A stretch of DNA of 64,000 nt from Kaistiaceae bacterium (GTDB lineage Bacteria; Pseudomonadota; Alphaproteobacteria; Rhizobiales; Kaistiaceae). Every line of letters starts with the position of its first letter. The first letter of the stretch is position 1. Where the stretch lies: contig CAXXUZ010000003.1 of the NCBI GenBank assembly GCA_963667605.2, forward strand, positions 1,558,992-1,622,991. Reading direction: 5' to 3'. This document shows, in pieces, positions 57,365-64,000 of the stretch. The notes below the pieces were generated by a model. The model had not been told where the DNA came from. It saw only the letters and a list, made by a program, of their open reading frames with translations, and did not search any database. The position numbers were made by a program, and so were the translations under genes.

Positions 57365-58202
57365 CGCCTTACGCGCATGTCTGGTTGTGGTGGCCTTGAG
57401 TTTTGGCGCCCCGGCTATGGCATTTGACCCGACGCCGGAGATCAGTACCCCGGCGCAAGCGTTTCGCTTCGGCCTTGACGCCTATCGCATTGGTGATCTC
57501 GTCACCGCCATGGATGCTTTCTCTTACGCCGCGGACCGGGGATACATTCGCGCCAAATGGATGCTCGGCCGAATGTACGCCAGAGGCGAAGGCGTGGATC
57601 GCGATGACGACCGCGCCTTCGAGATTTTTGCCGACATCGCCAATGAGCCCGCCGATGATCGCCGGTTCAATCCCGACGCTCCCTTCGTCGCCGACGCTTT
57701 TGTCGCGTTGGGCGATTACTATCGCGCCGGCGACCAAGTGGTCGGCGGCGTCGATCTGGAAGCCGCGCTGCAGATGTACTGGGAGGCGGCGATCTTCTTC
57801 AACGACGCCGAGGCGCAGTACAATTTGGCAGTGATGTTCTACCGCGGTGAGGCCGGCGATCCCGATCCCGGCGAAGCGGCGCGCTGGGCTCTCTTGTCCG
57901 CCCAGGCCGGCAATCCCTCCGCCCAAGCGCTTCTGGGTTACCTCCTGTTCCAGGGTGACGGCCTCACCCGCCAGCCGGTGGTGGGTCTGGCCTATCTTCA
58001 TGTTGCCCGCTTTCGCACCGGCGGGGCTGATCCGGAGATCAGGCGGATGCACGAAGAAGCTTTGGCGCTTGCGACCGAAACCGAACGCCGGACCGCTCTT
58101 GAACTTGCGGACGGCTGGCTGGTCGCCAACACCAACATTGAGGCCGAGGCAGCTGCCGCCCCGGAGCCGCTAGCGCCCCCGGCAGCCGCCGCCGCGCCTT
58201 AG
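57351..58202 (+). CDS. Sel1-repeat (TPR-like) secreted protein
   Basis: Signal peptide followed by repeated A.....A..G...A...LG.MY..G.GV..D motifs. Confidence 0.75.
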   Translation: MPICNALRACLVVVALSFGAPAMAFDPTPEISTPAQAFRFGLDAYRIGDLVTAMDAFSYAADRGYIRAKWMLGRMYARGEGVDRDDDRAFEIFADIANEPADDRRFNPDAPFVADAFVALGDYYRAGDQVVGGVDLEAALQMYWEAAIFFNDAEAQYNLAVMFYRGEAGDPDPGEAARWALLSAQAGNPSAQALLGYLLFQGDGLTRQPVVGLAYLHVARFRTGGADPEIRRMHEEALALATETERRTALELADGWLVANTNIEAEAAAAPEPLAPPAAAAAP

Positions 58203-58223
58203 CTCCAGCTCGTCGACACAAGG

Positions 58224-59006
58224 TTAGACGTCGATCTCGATGATCAGCGGGACATGATCCGACGGCTTATCCCAACCGCGGATTCGCTTGTCGATCGACA
58301 CGCCCTTGAGCCGATCGGCGGCTTGCGGGGACAATAGGAAATGGTCGATCCGAATGCCGTTGTTCTTCTGCCACGCGCCGGCCTGATAGTCCCAGAATGT
58401 GTAATTGCCACCGGCGCCGTTCGTTGCCCGCAGGCCGTCAGTGAGTCCGAGATTGACCAACCGGCGCCAAGCCGCTCGGGATTCGGGCTGGAACAGCGCG
58501 TCACTCGACCAATTGTCGGGAAAGCGAGCATCCTGCGGCTCGGGGATGATGTTGAAGTCGCCGCCGAGGAGGAAGATTTCCTCGGCCGCAAGATGGGTCT
58601 TCGCCCAGGAATGAAGGCGTCGAGCCCAGGCCAGCTTGTGATCGAATTTGCCACTCCCCAGCGGGTTGCCGTTGGGCAAATAGAGCGAGACTATCCTGAC
58701 CGCGCCGGCCGGCACCGAAATCACAGCTTCAATAAACCGCGCCTGACCATCGCTATCGTCGCCGGCAAGGCCACGGCTCACATCTTCGAGCGGTAGTTTC
58801 GACAGCACTGCGACACCATTGAAACCCTTTTGGCCGTGGATCGCCAAATTATAGCCAAGGTCCTCAAAAGCGGCGGTTGGAAAGCCGTCATCGGTGGATT
58901 TTGTCTCCTGGAAGCAAACCACATCGGGCTCAGCGGTAGCGAGCCATTTGGTCGCCGTGTCGAGCCGGGCCTTGACGCCGTTGATGTTCCAGGTGGCTAT
59001 CCGCAT
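58224..59006 (-). CDS. xth: Exodeoxyribonuclease III
   Basis: MRIATWNINGVKARL...CFQETK...GDFNIIP...SDHVPL. Confidence 0.9.
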   Translation of the reverse strand: MRIATWNINGVKARLDTATKWLATAEPDVVCFQETKSTDDGFPTAAFEDLGYNLAIHGQKGFNGVAVLSKLPLEDVSRGLAGDDSDGQARFIEAVISVPAGAVRIVSLYLPNGNPLGSGKFDHKLAWARRLHSWAKTHLAAEEIFLLGGDFNIIPEPQDARFPDNWSSDALFQPESRAAWRRLVNLGLTDGLRATNGAGGNYTFWDYQAGAWQKNNGIRIDHFLLSPQAADRLKGVSIDKRIRGWDKPSDHVPLIIEIDV

Positions 59007-59050
59007 CGAAAGCGCCCTTTTGTCCGACGACAAGAAAAGTTGATCCGAGG

Positions 59051-59380
59051 ATGAGCTATCTCTATCTCGCAGCGGCGATCATCTGTGAAGTCGCCGCCAC
59101 CAGTTCGCTCAAGATTTCCGATGGGATGACCCGGCTTGGGCCCGCTGTGCTCACGGTGATAGGCTACGCGCTCGCCTTCTATTTGTTGTCCTTGACGCTG
59201 CGAACAATCCCGGTTGGCGTTGCCTATGCGATCTGGAGCGGCATAGGCATAGTCCTCATCACGGCTATCGGCATGGTATGGTTCAGGCAAGCGCTCGACC
59301 TCGCCGCAATCGCCGGAATGCTATTGATCATCAGCGGCGTTGCTGTGATCTATCTGTTCTCGAATTCATCCAGTATTTGA
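59051..59380 (+). CDS. SMR-family multidrug efflux protein (EmrE/QacE-like)
   Basis: 109 aa, 4 TM helices, conserved membrane Glu in AAIICEVAATSSLK, and AYAIWSGIG. Confidence 0.85.
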   Translation: MSYLYLAAAIICEVAATSSLKISDGMTRLGPAVLTVIGYALAFYLLSLTLRTIPVGVAYAIWSGIGIVLITAIGMVWFRQALDLAAIAGMLLIISGVAVIYLFSNSSSI

Positions 59381-59398
59381 CCTGAAGGAGAAGCCAAT

Positions 59399-59821
59399 AT
59401 GCCCATCCGCCATGCCACCGCTCGCTGGGACGGAAGCCTGAAAGAGGGAAGCGGCGCGATGCGCTTCGCCAACTATCAGGGGCCGTTCTCTTTCGCCTCG
59501 CGTTTCGAGGAGGGCGAAGGAACCAATCCGGAGGAGTTGATAGGCGCCGCGATCGCCGGGTGTTTCTCGATGGCCTTGTCGGGGGATCTGGGAGGCGCCG
59601 GTCACAATCCGCAGCAAGTCAGCACCAATGCCGAAGTCGAGATTCGCCCCGATCCGGGAGGCGGCTTCTCGATCACTAAGATCCATCTGACAACCACGGC
59701 CACCGTTCCCGGCATCGACAATGATGAGTTCCAAAGGATCGCCGGCGGTACAAAGCAGAATTGTCCGGTATCGAAAGCGCTGAGCGCTGTTCCGATCAGC
59801 CTGGAGGCGACCCTCGCCTAG
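59399..59821 (+). CDS. OsmC-family peroxiredoxin
   Basis: NPEELIGAAIAGCFSMAL and ...GGTKQNCPVSKAL (the two conserved Cys). Confidence 0.85.
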   Translation: MPIRHATARWDGSLKEGSGAMRFANYQGPFSFASRFEEGEGTNPEELIGAAIAGCFSMALSGDLGGAGHNPQQVSTNAEVEIRPDPGGGFSITKIHLTTTATVPGIDNDEFQRIAGGTKQNCPVSKALSAVPISLEATLA

Positions 59822-59866
59822 CCGCTTCGGTCAGCCGCTAGCGGTCTGCGAGAGACAGATTGTCGG

Positions 59867-60232
59867 TCAAATGGCGAAGCTGGTGCCGCAACCGCATGAC
59901 GCCACCGCCAGTGGATTGTTTACCTCCAGCGATTCGCCCATCATATTGTCGGAAAGATCGATCTCGGACCCCACCATGTAAGGGAGCGAGATTGGGTCGA
60001 CGACGACGACGGCACCCGATTTGCGAATCACCAAATCCTCGTCAGCGGCGGCATTCACCAGATCGAAGCGATATTGGAAGCCGGAACAACCACCGCCCTC
60101 CACGGTTACGCGGAAAGCAGTCGAGCCGTCGGCCTCTTCAATGAGCCGCGCAATCTTCTGCGCGGCACGGTCGCTAACCTTGACAGCGGCCTCGTCGGCG
60201 ACCTTGTCATCGACAATGTTGGTCATGGCCAC
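59867..60232 (-). CDS. erpA: Iron-sulfur cluster insertion protein (ErpA/IscA/HesB family)
   Basis: RVTVEGGGCSGFQY...C-terminal SCGCGTSF. Confidence 0.85.
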   Translation of the reverse strand: MAMTNIVDDKVADEAAVKVSDRAAQKIARLIEEADGSTAFRVTVEGGGCSGFQYRFDLVNAAADEDLVIRKSGAVVVVDPISLPYMVGSEIDLSDNMMGESLEVNNPLAVASCGCGTSFAI

Positions 60233-60286
60233 GTCCCTCGCCGGAAAAAGCAGAGCACAATCAAGAGTTAGGTGTGAGCACCGATT

Positions 60287-61501
60287 GTGTCAATGGACTG
60301 CGACAACAGGGCACTGATGGTGTCTCCGGCGCCTTACGCTTCCGATCCAGACCAGAGCCCTGGCCGGGTGTTCGCCGAGCCACCATCGCCCTGGCGGACT
60401 GATTTCCAACGCGATCGCGATCGGATTGTCCACTCCACCACCTTCCGCCGGCTCAAAGGCAAGACCCAGGTCTTTCTCGCCGGCGAAGGTGATCATTACC
60501 GCACCCGGCTGACCCACACGCTGGAAGTGGTGCAGATCGCGCGGTCGTTGGCGCGAGCAGTAAACCTCAACGAGGATCTCACTGAAGCAATTGCACTTGC
60601 CCATGATCTCGGCCACCCGCCCTTCGGCCATTCCGGCGAGCGTGCTCTCGATCACGCGATGGCGGCCTATGGCGGTTTCGACCACAACATCCAGAGCCTC
60701 CGTGTGGTCACGAGGCTGGAGCATCGCTATCCGCGTTTTGATGGCCTCAATCTCACTTGGGAGGTGCTGGAAGGGCTGGCCAAGCACAATGGGCCCGTTA
60801 CCGACCGCTCCGGCGCGCCCCCAACCGGCCGCTCGTTGCCGCCAATCATCGCCGCGATCGATGATTGGCATGATCTCGCTTTGTCGAGCTTTTCGGGAGC
60901 GGAAGCACAATGTGCGGCGATTGCCGACGACATCGCGTATGACGCCCACGACATCGATGATGGGCTTCGCGCCGGGCTCCTCGGCCTCGATCAACTGACC
61001 GAAGTGCCGATCTTGGCCCAGCTCGCTGGTGCAATAGAGCGGGATTATCCGAGACTCGATCGCGGGCGTCTTGTGTCTGAACTAGTGCGCCGATTGATCA
61101 ATTGGCTGATCGTGGACGTCTTGGCGGAAACGCGGCTCCGGCTGCAGCGGTTGTCTCCGCGTTCGGTCGATGACATCCGGCGGGCGGGCGACGCAACGGT
61201 CGCGTTCTCATCGAAGGTCGGCGAAGCGGAGCGAGCGATCAAACGCCTTCTCAGCACCGAACTCTATCGAAGCGCGCTAGTAGTTGAGGTGATGGAGAAG
61301 GCCGAGACGCTGGTGGCGGAGCTTTTCCGGCGCTATTGGTCCGACGAAGCCGCACTGCCGGCGGCCTGGCGCAAGAGCATGGACCAAACCGACGACGAGC
61401 GGCGGGCGAGGCGGATCGCAGATTTTATTGCCGGAATGACCGATCGTTTCGCTCTCGCCGAATATCAGCGTTTGTTTGACCGAGTCCCCGAATTCGGTTA
61501 G
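60287..61501 (+). CDS. dgt: dGTP triphosphohydrolase-like HD-domain protein
   Basis: [24 protein letters not shown]...[12 protein letters not shown]...[12 protein letters not shown]. The start may be at 60317. Confidence 0.85.
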   Translation: MSMDCDNRALMVSPAPYASDPDQSPGRVFAEPPSPWRTDFQRDRDRIVHSTTFRRLKGKTQVFLAGEGDHYRTRLTHTLEVVQIARSLARAVNLNEDLTEAIALAHDLGHPPFGHSGERALDHAMAAYGGFDHNIQSLRVVTRLEHRYPRFDGLNLTWEVLEGLAKHNGPVTDRSGAPPTGRSLPPIIAAIDDWHDLALSSFSGAEAQCAAIADDIAYDAHDIDDGLRAGLLGLDQLTEVPILAQLAGAIERDYPRLDRGRLVSELVRRLINWLIVDVLAETRLRLQRLSPRSVDDIRRAGDATVAFSSKVGEAERAIKRLLSTELYRSALVVEVMEKAETLVAELFRRYWSDEAALPAAWRKSMDQTDDERRARRIADFIAGMTDRFALAEYQRLFDRVPEFG

Positions 61502-61545
61502 GCGCGGCCGCAATTGATGGCCCCTTGTCCGCCCCAAAAATCCTG

Positions 61546-63324
61546 ATGAATGTTTTCGAAGTCTTTACCGAACGGGTCATCGCCGCAGTCGGCCGCGTCG
61601 CGCAAGAAGCATTTGCCGTGGCGGAGCAGGGCACGGAGAAGATTGTCGTCGAGCCACCGCGCGATCCAAGCCATGGTGAGCTCTCGACCAATGCGGCGAT
61701 GGTCTTGGCCAAGCCGCTACAGGTCAAGCCACGCGATCTTGCCGAGAAACTTGCCGAGGCGCTGGGCGCCGATCCCGATATCGAGACGATCGACATCGCC
61801 GGTCCCGGCTTCATCAATATCACTCTAACACGGAATTTCTGGCACAGATTCCTGGCGTCATTGCTCGAAGCCGGTGCCCGTTTTGGGCGTGGCAATCGGG
61901 GGCAGGGCCAGGCCGTCAACGTCGAATATGTCTCGGCCAACCCGACCGGCCCACTTCATATCGGTCATTGCCGCGGTTCGGTGCTCGGCGACGCGATCGC
62001 CAATCTCCTTGAGGCTGCCGGCTACCGGGTCACACGCGAATTCTACATCAATGATGCTGGCGCCCAGGTCGATGCCCTCGGGCGGTCGGCCTATCTTCGC
62101 TATCGGCAGGCGCTTGGCCAGGACATCGCGGCAATCCCGGAAGGACTGTATCCCGGCGACTATTTGATTCCGGTCGGTGTCTCCCTCGCTGAGAAAAACG
62201 GCTCGTCCTTGCTTGCCATGCCAGAAGAGGAATGGCTGCCGATCACGCGGGCCGGTGCGATCGAAGCGATGATGGAGATAATCAAGGATGACCTCGGGGC
62301 GCTGAACATCCGCCATGATGTCTTCTACTCAGAGCGCTCGTTGACCACGGGCCCCACCGATCGGATCGCCGAGGCCGTCCAATCGCTTCGCGACCGCGGC
62401 CTTATCTATGTCGGTCGCCTGCCGCCGCCGAAAGGGCAGACCGCTGAGGATTGGGAAGACCGCGACCAGACGCTGTTCCGTTCAACCCAATTCGGCGACG
62501 ATCGCGACCGGCCGCTAATGAAGTCTGACGGCAGCTACACCTATTTCGCTGGCGATATCGCCTATCATTACGACAAGTTCCTGCGAGGCTTCAGCCATAT
62601 GATCGACGTCCTCGGCGCCGATCACAGCGGCTACGTCAAACGCTTGCGGGCTGCTGTGGCTGGCGTTTCCGGAGGCACGGCCAGCGTCGATGTCCAGATT
62701 TGCCAGCTGGTTAGGCTTTTCCGCGGAGGCGAGCCGGTGAAGATGTCGAAACGCACTGGTGACTTCGTGACCCTTAGGGAGGTCGTCGACGAAGTCGGGG
62801 CGGACCCGATCCGCTTCATGATGATATTTCGCAAGAGTGACGCGCCGCTCGATTTCGACTTCCAGAAAGTGACCGAGCAGTCGAAGGACAATCCTGTCTT
62901 TTACGTTCAATATGCCCATGCTCGAACCTGTTCGGTGTTTCGTCAGGCGGCCGAAGCCGACGTCGATCTGGGCGCCGAATTTCGCTCCGATCTCGCCGCC
63001 GGACGTGTTGACGAGGAATATCTGAAGCCTTTGGCCGATCCGGGCGAGTATGCTTTGCTTCGCCGGTTGGCCGATTATCCTCGGATCGTCGACGCGGCGG
63101 TCGGCGCGCAGGAACCGCATCGGATCGCATTTTATCTCTATGAGTTGGCAGGCGATTTCCACTTCCAGTGGAATCGCGGCAAGGATAGAGGAGAGTTACG
63201 GTTCATTAACCACGAACAAGCAAGCTTGACCCGAGCGAGGCTGGCACTCATTCACGCCATCAATTTGGTGTTGTCTTCGGGACTGGCTATTCTTGGAGTG
63301 CGGGCACCTGAGGAAATGCGGTAG
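61546..63324 (+). CDS. argS: Arginine--tRNA ligase
   Basis: [15 protein letters not shown] (HIGH) and a C-terminal anticodon-binding DALR domain. The start is at MNVFEVF (61546). Confidence 0.95.
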   Translation: MNVFEVFTERVIAAVGRVAQEAFAVAEQGTEKIVVEPPRDPSHGELSTNAAMVLAKPLQVKPRDLAEKLAEALGADPDIETIDIAGPGFINITLTRNFWHRFLASLLEAGARFGRGNRGQGQAVNVEYVSANPTGPLHIGHCRGSVLGDAIANLLEAAGYRVTREFYINDAGAQVDALGRSAYLRYRQALGQDIAAIPEGLYPGDYLIPVGVSLAEKNGSSLLAMPEEEWLPITRAGAIEAMMEIIKDDLGALNIRHDVFYSERSLTTGPTDRIAEAVQSLRDRGLIYVGRLPPPKGQTAEDWEDRDQTLFRSTQFGDDRDRPLMKSDGSYTYFAGDIAYHYDKFLRGFSHMIDVLGADHSGYVKRLRAAVAGVSGGTASVDVQICQLVRLFRGGEPVKMSKRTGDFVTLREVVDEVGADPIRFMMIFRKSDAPLDFDFQKVTEQSKDNPVFYVQYAHARTCSVFRQAAEADVDLGAEFRSDLAAGRVDEEYLKPLADPGEYALLRRLADYPRIVDAAVGAQEPHRIAFYLYELAGDFHFQWNRGKDRGELRFINHEQASLTRARLALIHAINLVLSSGLAILGVRAPEEMR

Positions 63325-63395
63325 GACAAAGCTCGGAACCGCGACGCGTGATCGGCAGGGGTTCCGGGGCGAGGGGCACAGGCTCCAACATCAGA

Positions 63396-64000
63396 ATGGA
63401 TGATCGGAACCCCATGACTACGATGTCTCGTCCCATACCCTACGGCCGTGGGGTCGCAAATGACCCCGTCGAAGATGATCCGCTTGTCGAACTTGCCAGA
63501 ATTGTCTCGGGGCGATCGGTGCTGGACGAGCCCCACCGTCCGAATGCCTTGCAGGAGGATGCGGATCAAGGTCTTTCCGAGTCCGATCTCGCGCGCGATC
63601 TCGAGGCAGAGCTTCTGACCGATCTGCAGGCGACCTTCGCCGCCGCGGCCGAGCCTGACGATGATCAGCCGCCGCTCCACGCCGCCGAAGACCTCAAGCA
63701 AGAGGCCGACCAAGATCCCTTCGAGACATCGGAGGATCCCGTGCCTCTGGACGCCGGCTTTGGCGGATATTTGGGCGGGGGCGAGAAGGGTGACAGCCAA
63801 CCCGAAAGCGATTTGGATCCCGGTTTAGAGAGCTATGAATTGGCCGACGAAACCCGCACCCGGCCAGCGCCCGGAAGCCCAACACAGACCGCACCACCGC
63901 GTGACCAGGCAGCCTTCTCCAACATGGCTCTTCGCGGCAACCGGAGCGGCCCCGCCTATGATCCGAGCGCGCTGTCTCCAGCAGCGCCCGTCCAATCCGC
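63396..64000 (+). CDS. Acidic/Pro-rich protein, N-terminal part only; runs off the right edge. A SPOR-domain protein is often found downstream of argS in alphaproteobacteria, so it may be one.
   Basis: Own translation from the ATG at 63396: MDDRNPMTTMSRPIPYGRGVANDPVEDDPLVELARIVSGRS..., open to the window end. It is absent from the ORF track because there is no stop in the window. The SPOR assignment is positional inference only. Confidence 0.5.
   Translation, partial: MDDRNPMTTMSRPIPYGRGVANDPVEDDPLVELARIVSGRSVLDEPHRPNALQEDADQGLSESDLARDLEAELLTDLQATFAAAAEPDDDQPPLHAAEDLKQEADQDPFETSEDPVPLDAGFGGYLGGGEKGDSQPESDLDPGLESYELADETRTRPAPGSPTQTAPPRDQAAFSNMALRGNRSGPAYDPSALSPAAPVQS

Overview
High-GC chromosomal segment. 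Its conserved gene content and local synteny look alphaproteobacterial, possibly Hyphomicrobiales-like (inference from gene content only, no search was run): hflK-hflC-DUF2065-degP, folA, leuA, glnB-glnA, nnr, panC, clpS-clpA, gatC-gatA-gatB, ilvD, valS, argS, a DUF2497/PopZ-like gene and an NDUFS4-like gene. Roughly three quarters of the window is ordinary housekeeping backbone. It carries five tRNA genes: Lys-CTT, Pro-TGG, Arg-TCT, Asn-GTT and Cys-GCA. I found no rRNA and no CRISPR array. There are three accessory patches. (A) 1-7.5 kb is a mosaic integrative element or prophage remnant. It holds a partial DUF262/GmrSD-type gene, an IS1595 transposase fragment, a GH108 endolysin/holin cassette, an excisionase-like gene, decayed membrane and secreted protein genes, and a tyrosine integrase that abuts a truncated degP-like gene. 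(B) 14.9-20.4 kb lies between tRNA-Lys and tRNA-Pro. It holds an integrase remnant, a ParB-like fragment, an IS630 element inserted into an ORF, and a second, unrelated lysis cassette with overlapped spanins. (C) 28.4-32.0 kb lies between tRNA-Asn and tRNA-Cys. Here an IS1595-family element has imperfect terminal inverted repeats that enclose both its transposase and a beta-class DNA methyltransferase fused to an Mrr/PD-(D/E)xK-like domain, with the two genes overlapping as GTGA. I consider this cargo-carrying IS the most interesting object, together with the parallel decayed arrangement at the left edge (IS1595 transposase fragment followed by a DUF262 gene). Other points: at least five reading-frame defects, which are either real decay or assembly errors; a candidate Leu-rich leader peptide upstream of leuA; a 21-bp tandem duplication; and phased 10-bp repeats upstream of tRNA-Pro. 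All family assignments come from motif recognition by eye and need HMM/BLAST confirmation.
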